From Eledone cirrhosa (Eukaryota), in assembly GCA_964016885.1 (NCBI GenBank), contig OZ024745.1:102982001-103046000 (forward strand): DNA of 64,000 nucleotides, written 5' to 3'. The notes under the pieces were generated by a model. It did not search any database and was not told where the DNA came from. It worked only from the letters and a program-made list of their open reading frames with translations. Of this stretch, positions 11,604 through 24,600 are shown one piece after another (position 1 is the stretch's first letter; every line of letters begins with the position of its first letter). The translations under genes were made by a program, and so were the position numbers.

Positions 11604-14108
11604 ATCATCATCATCATACGTCCACTCTTCTCTGCTTGCAAGAGTCGGAAGGTCTTATTCAGCACAGCATCTCTCCACTCGTCACGGTCCTTCGTCATCT
11701 CCACCGTGAGCTTCAACGATCTGAGGTCTGTTCTCACAACCTCCGCCCATGTTTTTCGTGGTCTACCTCTACCACTTCTTCCTTCAACTGGCATTTCCTG
11801 GCACTTCTTCATCCATTGGTCATCCTCCATGCGCATCACATGTCCATACCACTTCAGTCTCCTCTCCCGTACACTATATTCTATCCCTCTCAGACACAGT
11901 TTCTCTCTCAACACATTCATGCTGGGTCGTTCACACACATTTACACTGCACATCCAACGGAGCATGCTTGCCTCATTTCTCTCCAGCCATCGCATATCCT
12001 CTGCAGTTGCTGCCCATGTCTTACTACCATGCAGCATCACGCTCCTCACACAGGCATCATATAACCGGCCTTTCGTACGCAGGGAGAAACCCTTCTTCGT
12101 CAGCAGAGGAAGCAGCTCCCTAAACTTCTTCCAACCCGTCCTTATTCTAGATACTATGGCCTCGAAACACCCTCTCCTAGGTACCTGAAGCTATCCACCA
12201 CTTCTATAGTACCCTCCTGCATTTGAAAAAATGTGTCTATCAATGCGACTTCTACTGTCTAATTTTCCTGTACATCTACTGCATACATATTTCTCCCTAC
12301 CTGTTAGTTTGTCTGCTATCCCGCTACATCTCTTGTGTACCCAGGATCTGCATTGTGTGCATTTTATAGAATTTATGCCAGTTCCTTTTCTGTATATTGA
12401 ACATGGCTATTTCCCTGATGGAATCAGAGTTTTGTCCTCTTTTCTACTCATCAACACTTTTGTCTTAGCTAGGTTCACTCTCAGTCCTCTTGATTCCAAC
12501 TGCTGTTTCCATAGCCAGAATTTATTCTCTAGCTCCTCTACTGATTCTGCTATAAGAACCAGATCGTCAGCACAGAGAAGTTCCCATGGACAGCCAGACT
12601 TAAACTCCTCTGTTATGACTTGGAGGACTATAATGAACAAGAGCGGGCTGAGAACTAAACCTTGGTGTACACCTACTTGTATCTGGAAATTCCTCACTAA
12701 ACTCCATTCCTACACTGACTTTACTGAGAGTACCTCTGTACAAAGTTTGCACTGTCCTCACAAGCCATTCCTCAACACCTAGTTTCCTTAGGGACCACCA
12801 GATGACAGATCGGGGTACCCTATCAAAGGCCTTCTCTAGGTCAACAAAGGCTAAGTATAGTGGCTTATTTTTCTCTAAGAACCTCTCTTGCAATTGTCTC
12901 ACCAAGAAGAGGGCATCTGTTGTACTCTTCCCAGGCACAAAACCAAACTGCATCTCATCTAGTTTGATCCTTTCTCTAATTAGTTGTGCTAATCTCCTTT
13001 CTGCCACTTTCATAACCTGATCCATCAGTTTTATACCCCTATAATTGCTCCTCTCCAGAGCATCCCCTTTACCTTTGTAGCAATTTATGAGAATACTGCT
13101 GCACCAGTCTTTGGGTATGACACCACCATATATAGCCTCATTGATGATGCGTGCAACCAGTTTAGTGCTTACGTCCCCTGATGCCTTCAACATCTCAGCA
13201 ACTATTCCCGATGGTCCAGCAGCCTTACCATTTTTCATTTCCCTAATCGCCTCTTGGACCCTATATTCGTCAATCTCAATAGCTGGTCCCTCTGTCGGAT
13301 CTACTAAGGGTAATTTCTCTCTCTCCCATTCGTTCTCCACATTCATCAGTCTCTCATAATGACATTTCTAGGCCTCCTTTTTCTGATCATTCGTGACACT
13401 AAGTACACCGGCATCATTCCGGACACATTTATCTCCAACAACATCCTGATTTGCATTGACACACTGCGTTGCAATGTGGAACACTGCACGCTTTTGATCT
13501 TCCCATCGCAAAACATTGGCAAACCACCTACTCTCAGCTTCCCTGCCTGCTAAGTACACCTGACATCTAGCTTCTCTCTTAGCGGCTGTATATTCTTCCC
13601 TACTCCTACCCTTTTTCCAAGCCTTCCATGCTAGTCTTTTGTCTCTAATGGCCTATCTACTGTGCTGTTCCACCACCATGTCACTCTCTGTCTGGTTGGA
13701 GCTCTGCTCCAGCCACAAGTTTCATCAGTAGCCTGCAGTAAGTTGTCGCATAAGAAATTCCAGTTATTATCTATGTCATACGTCTCTAAATCATCTTCTT
13801 TTTCGTCATATACATCTTGAATGGCTTTCTTAAATTTGTATTTTAGTGAGAGGTCTTTTAGCTTCCAGACCTTTCTTCACCACACCTTCCTGTATGTCTC
13901 ATTCCATCTCTTGCTTACTGAGATATCACTAACGACTAACCTATGCTGTGGGGTACATTCTTCCCCAGGGTATGCCTTGGTATTAGACACTATCTGCCTG
14001 TCCCGCTGCCTAACTAGTAAGAAGTCAATCTGGCTTATGTGCTCGCCAGATTTGTAGGTTATTAGGTGATTGGCAGATTTCTGGAAGTCTGTGTTGCAAA
14101 TAGTCAGT

Positions 14109-14110
<2 letters not shown>
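11604..14110 (-). mobile_element. RTE copy (subfamily B), frameshifted and 5'-truncated
   Basis: ORF pieces 13877-14197, 12600-13346 (YRGIKL, FVDLEKAFDRV), 12407-12697 (CADD) and 11567-12049. Confidence 0.95.
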
Positions 14111-14163
<53 letters not shown>

Positions 14164-14185
14164 ATATATATATATATACACACAC

Positions 14186-14255
<70 letters not shown>

Positions 14256-14285
14256 AAATCAAAAGATGGTTAAAAGAGTTCCAAG

Positions 14286-14356
14286 TATTTTATTATGTGC
14301 ATTTCAAAAACAAATATCATCATGGGATGATATCTGCGTTCTCATCAGATAAAATA
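14286..14356 (-). ncRNA. Type I hammerhead ribozyme with long stem II
   Basis: Minus strand UAUUUUAU-CUGAUGA-[long hairpin, loop CCAU]-GAAA-UGCACA-UA-AUAAAAUA; 8-bp stem I. Confidence 0.75.
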
Positions 14357-14528
14357 GGAAGACATGATATGAAGCTTAAAAAACACTTGTGAATAGTGAA
14401 GTTTTAAATCAACATATATTTGTTGATTTAAAACTTCACTATTCACAAGTGTTTTTTAAGCTTCATATCATGTCTCCCTACTTTATCTGATGAGAACGCA
14501 GGTATCATCCCATGATGATATTTGTTTT
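14307..14528. repeat. Near-perfect palindrome with 108-bp arms
   Basis: 14307-14414 is the reverse complement of 14421-14528 with few mismatches. Confidence 0.95.
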
Positions 14529-14536
14529 CCTCCTAC

Positions 14537-14569
<33 letters not shown>

Positions 14570-15469
14570 TACAGATTTCCCCACGTAACTAGAGCTATTA
14601 TTCTAGTTATGTGATAAAAAATTTCTTGTAATTTTTCATGTAATCACTTACATGTGACTCTTGGGACATCAGTGTTGCTCTTTTGCTAATCTACCCTGTG
14701 CCAGCTGATAAAACTTCTAAAACCCAGAAGTGGATTTTTAAAAGGTTTTCTAAATACAATAAATAACAGTAAATTTGTTAAGTTAGCTTATGAGATATTA
14801 ATCTCCCCTTGAACTGGATATTAATCTAGCACACCTTATATTGCCTGAAGATATGTTATCTATTCTAGAACTTCTGGAATAGTATCTAGTCTATTAAGGA
14901 CCTAGTATCTTGACTATTATCTAGTACCAGCACATCTTATATTACTAAGATATATAGTACCTATTCCTGTCAGCTGAGGAAGTGATGAGTAGCAAATTTA
15001 ATGTACTGTCTAAGTACATCATAAAATACTTATTTATCCACTCAATCATATCAGCGCTACATATCACCATAAGATTATCAATGTTATCTAATTATGAGCT
15101 AATGATGGCAATGATGGTGAAGGAAAAGAAGTATGAGAATAATTACTGAGAATGATAATAACAACTGAAATATTCATTTAATTTCTTTCCTCCCTGAAAG
15201 AATATTTTCATAGGAATTGTAGAGATTCCTATAATATGAAGGAGGCCTCCTGTAATAATTATAAATTTGTAGCAATATTTAAATAACAAATGAAACTACA
15301 GTTGCCTCAGCTCTTTAGCTACAACATCAAAAATGAAACTAAAAGTTGAATAACTGTTAAAGCCAATTGTCTCCATGTTATGTATCTATTAGTCATATAG
15401 TCTTCTGCTTTATTGATGCAAAAAAAAACAGACACAGTGCTACCAACAAAATTTCATCTAGCAAATGTA

Positions 15470-15790
15470 TCAATAGCAGTGGCATCCCATATCTGGTTTT
15501 TGAACAAACTTTTAAAGAAAGGCAATTATTCTGTCAGGTCTTTTGCCACAACTCTTACCAAACTGATCAGTTTGAAGGAACTAGGCATACTTGACAATCA
15601 TATTGACTTCAGCATGACATGGGCATCTTCCCATTTTAGAAAGAGCAATATAAACTGTGATAACCCTTGCATCAATTTATACATTACACTGACATTTGAA
15701 TATCTCGCAGATAATGTCTTTGTGTCTGATGGCAACAGAAATTCTCAAATCTGTTTGGCTTGGTATGTTGCCCAGTGATGTAACTGTGTG
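15470..15790 (+). mobile_element. Possible very old RTE-like 3' remnant
   Basis: Weak LK..LGI...W pattern and a terminal C2H2-like remnant. Confidence 0.3.
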
Positions 15791-16199
15791 TTAGAACCTA
15801 CACTTTTGAATGAGGACAACAAGCTGCAAGCAAACAACAATGAGTATTCTGTCAGTTTCAAACAGTATCTGATCAAAGAAAAATGTCTGCAAATATTGTA
15901 CCAGTGCGTATCCTCACTCCTACCTGTGCAGTCATTTCTGGTGCCACACCTAAATAGGGAAGTTTCCATACTCCATCCAAATCTACAGTACCAGAACCAT
16001 GCCACTTTGTTGAAGAAACCCCAACTATATATAGCTGGTAGCATCAGACTCCCTCCACTAGTTCCTGCTTCTTACTTGTAAGGGTTGTAACATTCCAGTT
16101 ATCAAAGATTGCCCCATTCTGGACTCTCTTTGGGGTCTCAGGATATGCAACCTTTATGTGTCTATCACACACCTCCCATGACAGACCCATCTACCAGTC

Positions 16200-16490
16200 C
16201 TTGCAGTGTTGGGTGGACATTGCAATATATTTTTCGAACAGACTTCTGAATGCCTCTCTTGTTATCCTGTGCAAAGAACGATGAGATATGAATATTTTAT
16301 TGTTTCTGGTCCATATTTCAGGAGACCAAAGGGTAAATTCCCAAGCAAGATGGTAGGATAACATCTATGAGCTTAGCTGGTCTCACTTTGGGATTCAGTT
16401 AGATCAATTGGAGATGGCTGCTTCTGATAGAACCCACTGGAAAGTGTGCCTGAGGATTCTGGTCCCATGATCCTTTCAGGAATAAGCAAG
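16200..16490 (+). mobile_element. Degraded Rex3/Expander-like RTE 3' end (second copy about 59600-59800)
   Basis: RW*DNIYELSWSHFGIQLDQLEMAASDRTHW-like reading; the two copies align by eye. Confidence 0.6.
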
Positions 16491-16929
16491 AATGAGTGGG
16501 AGAAGGAGGGAGTGGAGGAGGAGAAGAAGATATTGTACCAGAGATGTGACTGGATTCTTGTTTCTAATGAGATGGTGTTAACAGAGTTAACAAAGTTCCA
16601 CTCATCATGTGATTTCTCCAAGTCTTAAGATGTTTGAATAATGAACAGGAAAGGAATTAGGTGAGCTATGAAAGGAAGTGTTGCATGAATAAGATAATCA
16701 GAAAAGAGGCACATCTATTATGGAACAAAAATCCAGCCCACTGAAATATATGGGAAATGTGGTCTGCAGATTTTAGAATCAAAATTTACAGTAACTCCAC
16801 CATAGAGAAATATTATGCTACATCTTAAAGCCTACATTAATTTAGTCAGTGATAAATATTTTTTCTTTTTTGTAAAAAAAAAATGACTGATGTGGTTCTG
16901 TGATGGCCATGCTTTTGATGAGCTTAATG

Positions 16930-17335
16930 TGGGTTTGGAGAGCAGTAAAACTGAGAAAGAACCACTTTTCAGGATAAGGTTCAGATATTGAAGAGAAGAT
17001 ATCTGTAAATAACTTGACAGTGTTCTGTTGATCCTGAAATCATTCTTTGATTCAACTTAAATTGGAAAACAATGTGATGAATTTTAGCAGACATGGTGGC
17101 AGCTCTGAACATGTTTTTGTCTTAGAACTCTTGAAACTTTATACCTTCTTTCATTCTATTCTTCATCCTTAAACTTTCCCACTTTGCTGCTTTGATCTGT
17201 GACAGCAGCATCTGCACTGGTATGTCATCTCTTGTCCATTTATTCCATGCTCTCCAATCTCATTTACAACCATCTAACAGACTTATTTTTTTGTTTCTTC
17301 TGAAGAAAATATTATTCCACTTGAAATATTGGCAG
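16930..17335 (+). mobile_element. Possible degraded Penelope-like 3' end
   Basis: Weak GIY-YIG-like residues; ends in CTGAAGA...TTGAAA (about 17300-17326). Confidence 0.35.
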
Positions 17336-18499
17336 GATAGTGGTTTGGAAGTTGGCTTTGAAGCCATAACATTCCAGATTCAATCTCACTGCACAACACC
17401 TAAGGAAAGTGCTATCTACTTTAGCATTAGATTGACTTATACAGTCTGAACTAAATTTGGTACATGGAAACTGTGAAGAAGTCCATCATATGTGTGCACA
17501 TGTATGTATGTTTGTGTGTATTAGTTAGAAAAAATACTGATAAACCTGTGTGTCAAACAACCTTGTGGTACATATTCCACCTACGTTGTTCAGAAGATAC
17601 TTCTTTGTCCCTCTTGTGATTGCTATTGCAGTGAACCAATGAAGCTATTTATTATTCACAAAATACATGATATAAAAAAAATTGTGCAAGTAAGTACAAT
17701 GAAAGGACTACTAAAAGGTATCAATATTTGGCCATGAACTACATACAAATATTATTTAATTCTGTTTTCAACAACACCACCACTATCTTCCCAAGCTACA
17801 GTGTGTTTAGTTTATCATCATCATTTCCTAGTTATCTAACACAGTCTCAGGTAAATCCGTTTATTTGTTATTCCAAAAAAGGCCTGAAGAAATAGGTGAG
17901 AGGAAACGGAAGAGGAAGCAAAAATGAACTCTTCTAGCTTACTTCATTCATTGTTTACTACATTTATATATTTCTATTACATTGCATGTGTTATCCTTAC
18001 ACAAGAGTTCACAAAACAAACTCGTTTCAACCTTAAAGAAAAAAAAAAAAAAGAAATATTTTTTCTATAGAAATAAATGTGTTAAATTCTCATAAGAAAA
18101 CTTGCCAAAAAGGTTATAAAAATAACATCTGAATGTGTTTCTAGTTTTAACACTTATTTTCTTATTTATTTTTAAAATATTTCTCCTCACTTTTTTTGTT
18201 CTTTGTTATTTTGTCGTTGTTGTTCTGCTTAATTTTTGTTCTTATTATTGTTATTATTAATATTATCTTCAGCAGCAGCAGCATTGTTACTGTTGTTGTT
18301 ATTATTATTATTATTGAAGAAACATTAGAGAATCGAACAAAATGTCTCATGGCATTATTTTAAAGCTATTTATATTCTGAGTTCAAATCCCATCAATGTC
18401 AATTTTGCTTTTCATCCTTTCTGGTTTGATAAAATAATGTACCAGTCAAGTACTGGGGTCAATTTAGTTGACTTAATCCGCCTCTCCCCAAAATTCTGG

Positions 18500-18832
18500 C
18501 TAACTACACAAAAATGCTGAGGATGGCCCTGAACATTAATCAGTATACACTAAGGATGAAGAACTCGGAGCTGTACAGGAGCCTCCCAAAAGTCAGCTCG
18601 AGAGTAGCACAGAGAAGACTGAGGTTAGCTGGACATGCTCACTGACATTCAGAGTTGACACTACACTGGGAGCCCCTGCATGGACACACTGGAAGAGGAA
18701 GACCAAGGTTAACATATGTTGATGCCCTAAGGACAGACACTAGTCTCTTGGAGACGCAGAACATAGCAGCGATAATGAGGACAGAGACCGCTGGAGAGAA
18801 CTTGGGAATTTTACCCGCCCTAGATAGATAGA
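18500..18832 (+). mobile_element. RTE-clade LINE 3' fragment with (TAGA)n tail (other copies 29701-29886, 49250-49410; related piece 35590-35666 on minus)
   Basis: ELYRSLPKVSSRVAQRRLRLAGH...WEPLHGHT.RGRPRLTYVDALRTDT. Confidence 0.85.
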
Positions 18833-18834
18833 TT

Positions 18835-19500
18835 ACTCTGAGATATGCACAAAGCAGCGAAACCATCCTGCATACCCTGTATTTGCATGCACAAGTATTT
18901 GTGACATGTGGGTTTACGTCGAACACCTGCTGTCACATGTGGGATGGATACAACTATCAACTGAGTCCATTGTGGCGATCAACCCACTGTCTTCCTTTAG
19001 AGGGGAAGGCCATGCAGTTTCTATCTGCATGGTGGCCTTGGAAAAAGAGGTCTTATGGTGGACATGTTTGAAAGTGTTGAAGAAAAGCACTTTCCTCTTC
19101 GGTGAAGCCCTGATTAACTTTTTCAGGTTTCATCTGAAGGGAAAAATCAGGGTAGATAGGGAAATGCTGCCTTCCAACCAGTTTGTTGAAAGATGAGTGA
19201 GAGAGGCGAACATGGTCTGAGCGAATAGGTTTGCTCTGAGTATGCGCATGTAAATTGGAGGAGGACAACTGAGAGAAAGCACTTGCCCTAGTAGTCAGGA
19301 TTACTGTGACTCTTGAGTGATGCTTGTAAGTAAACAACTCCACTTTTGGGGAATCTTATGTTTAATTTTTTTTAGTCTTTGTTATAAACCTTTCTTTCAC
19401 ATAAAAAACACGGTATCATCCTGTACTGTCCCTATTGTCCTCTTATTGTAAGCCTTGTGTGGTTAATAAAGAAACCATTATTATTATTATTATTATAATT
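18835..19500 (+). mobile_element. Tx1/L1-like LINE 3' end
   Basis: Degenerate CCHC knuckle (ETILH), ORF 18906-19196, 3'UTR ending AATAAA plus (ATT)n; similar end at 53804-54120. Confidence 0.6.
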
Positions 19501-19890
19501 ATTATTATTAGTACTACTATGTTCCTTATGTATGAAAGCTATTCTGGGTTAAGATAACCTTCACTGAACACATTAAACATCAAACATCTAGCTAGTTTTT
19601 CTGGTACACATTCTAAAAGTAAACACTTTTACTTTTCTGCTTTCTCCCCTTCCATTCTATCTCATGCACACACATGTTAACACACTGTTTGGGATATTGT
19701 TTGATAGGGTTGCTTATTAACTCTATCATTATCATATTTCTAATGAAAGAAACTGTCTATAATTTTGAAAATAAAGAATTTATAGGGGTTTAGTAATTGA
19801 CCTTTCTTTTAATGCTTAATATTCATTTTATTAAGTTTTAAATATATACATAAATGAGTGTTGTAGTTTGCTTGAAGCATTGTTGAATAA

Positions 19891-20207
19891 GAAACACAAA
19901 TTAAATAATTTTGAAAACCATACAATGCATTAGAAAGAAAATCAAGATTGCTAAGATAACAAAGAATCTTACCTTAGCAAATTTGATAATCCCAAATATT
20001 TTCGGGTTTAAAAACCCATTATCAAGCTAGTCAACTCCGATTGTTCTTTTAAGTCTCTCAGGAATACTCCCTTCATAATGGGTTTTTAAACCCAAAAATA
20101 TTTGGGATTATAAAATTTGCTAAGGTAAGATTATTTGTTATCTTAGCAATCTTTATTTTCTTTCTAATGCATTGTATGGTTTTCAAAATTATTTAAATTT
20201 GTGTTTC
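19891..20207. repeat. Fold-back element with arms of about 135 bp, each carrying a decayed hammerhead
   Basis: 19891-20026 is inverted at 20071-20207; right arm TCCC-TTCATAA-T-GGGTTT-TT-AAACCC-AAAA-ATAT-TT-GGGA, left arm keeps GAAA. Confidence 0.85.
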
Positions 20208-20595
20208 ATATACATAAATAATATTACAAATTTTTTTGTTTTAATGATTCCGTAGAAATATTGTACTTAATTGCTTTATTTATGGTAAACAATTCAAGTG
20301 GCTTTTGTAGTTATGAAAAAGGAAAAGGAAGGGAAAGGCAGGGGCTCCAGAGTCACAGAAAAATGGAGGGGGGGGGGGGCTCTAGGCCTAGGGTACAGCA
20401 GTATAAATACAAATATAAACAAGTAATATAACTAACTTTGACATTATTAACCCTTTTGTGGCTGTATTTTTAATTAAATACATTTTATTTCAATCTCTGT
20501 AAGTATTTACCTAAGTTTATTGTAGTGCTCTTTTGACCCCTGATTTGTGTGTGTTTTTGCTGATATACTGGAATTTGCTGGGATGCAGGTTTTAA

Positions 20596-20832
20596 CCCTT
20601 TACTGATTGTATTTCTTATGAAATAAACCCTTTCTACCAAGTTTGTACAATCGATTAATGAAGTGGAATTTACTAAAATTGCTAATTATTTCTTTACTAA
20701 GATAGTAACTTAATGTAAAGCTTTTATATGAAATTATGTTGGAAGATTTTTATTTAAATTGGAAACATTTAAAATGGGTGGTTTTATTTTATAGAACCAG
20801 ACCCAGTTAAGGTCAGGCTGGTAACTAAAGGG
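20596..20832. mobile_element. piggyBac-type MITE
   Basis: TTAA-CCCTTTA...TAAAGGG-TTAA. Confidence 0.8.
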
Positions 20833-21219
20833 TTAATCAAGTATTTGGAGCATAAACACAATAAAGTTATTTATATGAAATTGTAATGAAAGGTTTTCAG
20901 ATGAACACTTTAAAACAAACAGATTTGTATTGTAGAACCAGGGGTGGTTTGGTGTCTATATTGCCTATATATATATATCCTGTTTATACCACAGCCATCA
21001 TCTCCACCTCCTGCAAGAATTTACCTTATCACCAAAGAGAAAACCTCAAAATATTCATTCAATCTGCTAAACACCCTACCATTTTAAAAAAGGAAGGAGA
21101 CAATTCTAGATACACTATGTCTGACAAAAGAATGAGAAGGTCACAGCTGAAATGCCTACTGGGGCTTAACACCACCACCAACAACAACAACAACAACAAT
21201 TACCACTAAGGAGCCACCA

Positions 21220-21258
<39 letters not shown>

Positions 21259-21389
21259 CTGAAATCAAATCAACATTCATTAATAGATTAAATAGTAGAG
21301 TGGGATAATAATGGGAGAGCTCAAACGACATGCAAAAGTATCTGTAATCCAACCACAGCCGGCTATTGGCACATATTCTTCATTGACCA

Positions 21390-24300
21390 TACTTAAAAAT
21401 GGAATGATACGCGATGCCCCCTCTCCCAACACACACACAGCCCGGTGGACAGGATGGAGAAGGCGTTTCCCCAGAGGATGGCAAGGGAGACACGCTGGAA
21501 AAGCCACTCCAACTCGCGGAGCTTACACCTGCGGCTGGCCAGCTCAGCGCCTATGGTGGTGAGTAGGGAGGTAGCCGTAGGGCCGAGGACACCAGAAGTC
21601 TCCACTGCCAGGGGTAAAACCGCAAACCTGTCGGAGAGTGACCAGTATTTGAGGAGTTTGGCCTCCTTGGCCCAACATGCAGCAGAACCTGGGTTAGTTG
21701 CAGACTGCACCAGGTTGTGGCTGCAGAAAGTGTTGGTGCAAGTGGCATCCCAGACGAGGAGTTTGCCACCATGGAATGGGAAGATGGTCATGCCATTTGG
21801 CCTTTTGCTGTCCCCTTGGTCAAGCCCCACTGGCTCGAGCTGGGAAGGGAAGCCTGCAGCATCCAAGCCATGCTTTATGACTTCGTTGAGGGCAGCATGG
21901 CATGGAAGGCGGGTGGAGGCCGAAAGAGTCCACAGTGGATCCGCAGTGACATTGGTGTGGCTTGCAGATCTGGAGGCCAAGCCTCAAGGAAACGCCGATG
22001 CGCAGACTATTGTTGTCTAGCTGCATGCCTGTGGAGAAGGAGGGCAGGGCATGGAGCCAGGCAGCACTGTGGGGTTTGGAGGCCACACGAAAACAGGCAA
22101 GGCGGTGCTGGTTGAGCTGGCACGTGACCCTGTCTGAGGCCAGGCTGCACTGGATGGCATCCCAGGTGCTTTGGGGGGGACTTGATGTCAACAGGGGAAG
22201 AGGGAGGAGGGACGTCTACTGGGCTAAGCCCCAGCCGGTCCCATGTCTCAAAAGCGGCCTCAAGTTCTGTGATCTCAGAGGGTTCTATTGTGTTTTGAAG
22301 AACCCTGCTGACGAGGACGCGGCACAAGGTTACCGACGAAAGATACGCCAGCAAAGCCAGTGAGATCAGGGACCAGAGGCCAAGGCCACCATACCTGACA
22401 GGTAAAGTGGCCTGTTGCCATCCAATGTTGTCAAACTTGACGTTGCATATCTCCTCAGCTGCTGCTCAGATACAAGTATCGAGGTCAGCAAGGAGAGATG
22501 TGTGGGTGTAGCACGGAGCGCTGCGGTGGGTGTAGAGGAGCTTCGGCATGGTGAAGCAGTTCCTCAACAGAAAGAGGGCTGGGTGGCCGTTGATCAAGCC
22601 CAGTCGGCTCGTGAGAGTCTGGAGTTGTTGAAGCCTGGACCTGATGGTGGAGCGGATGGCCGGCGGGTGGATCGGTGATCCTCTTTGGGGGTCACCTGTA
22701 CCTGGTGGAGAATGGACCACACGTCTGAAACAGAGGCTGCAAAGCTCTCAGCATCGTGGTTGACATTCACCACCTCCGACTTGGCCGAGTTGACTTGGAG
22801 GCCGATTCCCGCCACGGCAGGAACCACCGATTATAGGTCATGGCAGACAGTCTGTACGGGCCCGCCCAGCGTAGCATCATCCAGATACCAAACGTAGAGA
22901 GGGGCTGTGATACTCCGTGGTCTATACCAAGGGCAAACAGGAGGGGTCACAAAGGGTCGCCCTGTTGGACCCCAGTGGCCGAAGGTATGACCGTATCAGC
23001 AGCAAGGAGCATGCTCAGGGCTCCATATGACAGGTAGGCCAGCGGGTAGGCATAGGGGGCTCGGCTGAGGCAGGCATCAAGCAGTTGAAGGTATTCTTCA
23101 TGTCAAGCTTGACAATGAGGTTCCTGGATGCTGGTTGCATGTGCGGCCCCCTCACAGCCACCGGACACGCCGACACCCAGTTGCACCGGACTGAACTCCT
23201 CACCCAGTTCGGGTGTTATGGACCTGCTGACTACCTTGGCAGCCAGCCTCCGGAAGATTGTCCACAGCGATGGGGCATATGCCATCCCCTTTATTCCTGA
23301 GAACGGTGAGGCTAGCTGAAAAAAAGAGGCCTCAGGCGTGAGGGTCCAGGGTGCCATGGATGAGCCTATTGGTGAGTGCCACAATTGCATGCAGAAGGCG
23401 GCGCCCGGCCTCAGCGGAGATGGGGGATAGCAAATTCTCGAGGTGGCCTGGTCGGAGACCATCAGCACCTCCGCTGCTGCTAGCTGGGAAGGACTTGATG
23501 GTGGACATGATGTCTGCGTTGGAAGCCACAAGGAGCAAGTGGCGGTGTTTGAGTCACAAGGCAGCCAGGATCTCCTCGGTGGGTTGGAGGACAGTGTCCT
23601 CTGAGGCAACCACTCTGACTGCGGCCGAGACATCACCCATGATTAATTTAGCATTTACGCGGTCACGCAAATGCTTGGCGTTGGCCTCAGGGGTGGAGGA
23701 TTAGGAGTACCCGAGGGTGGGGGTGTGTGGTGCCCCTAGGCCACGCTTGGAATGGGTGCTTGCCCAAAGGATGAAACATTGGCCTTGACGAAGGCTGCTG
23801 TCGACCGGTCGCCCCGGTCACCGCCAGAGCTGGGGAGGCCGAGGGCAAGTTGGGCGAAATAAAAGAGTCGCTCCCAGTCGCTGGTTCGATTGGAGTCCAG
23901 GGCGCTCTCAATCGAGGAAGTGGGGCATCGGCACCCTGGCCACTCTCGGGTTCCTGAGTGGCATTTTCCAGAGGCCGCCTGAGCCATCGATGTTCACCAG
24001 CAAGTCTTGGGCGTCAGGAAAGCTTGCTGACTCATCTGATGGTCTGCCAGACGGCTGTGGCTGGGCAGACAGACGAAGGGAAGAGGCAGTTCCTGCATCT
24101 CCACACTGTGAGGGCACTGGAAGCTCGACGTGTCAAGCCAACACAGGTGAGGTGGTGGAAGCAGCTGCACCCCGAACAGTTCCGGCCCCTCTTCCGTCTG
24201 TTAGAGGTGCTGCAAGTGCTGCAGGTGTCGGTTTGGGGGGATGGGACTGGGGACTGGGGCACCAAGTGGCATCAGGGGAGAGTGGCTGGCATGTGTGGGT

Positions 24301-24600
24301 GGAAGGGAAAGTGCTGGTAAGACGGCCTCATAGCTCACCTACATCAGATATAGAGGGGGTCAAAGGAGACAAGAGGAAAGAAGGGGGTGCATGGAGGGGG
24401 GACACACAAGAAGGTAGAATGTTAGCAAATGAATGAGTGAATGGATGAATGTACAAAAAAAAACAAATGTGGGGGGGGGGAGAAAACGGGGGGGTTGTTC
24501 CCAGCGGAAAGACCCAAAGTTCAGCACGTACACATGCGAGCATGTTAGCACTTTCTCATAGGACCTTGTGGCTGGAGGTGAGTCATTCAATCCTGAAAAC
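21390..24600 (-). mobile_element. Near full-length, degraded CRE-like non-LTR retrotransposon (PHD, RT, zinc knuckle, restriction-like endonuclease)
   Basis: GC-rich island; fragments SSGGADGLRP, FRRLAAK, QLGVGVSGGCE, LDMKNTFN, GVQQGDPL, WYLDD, CHCGSTVD..GLH, KRP(N/D)G...WDAT...K..KY...P.A.ET.G...QRVSLAI..GN; many frameshifts. Confidence 0.88.

Noticed and set aside
21445-24436. Plus-strand ORFs in the GC island and antisense to RTE copies
   Set aside because: Antisense shadows of retrotransposon coding sequence
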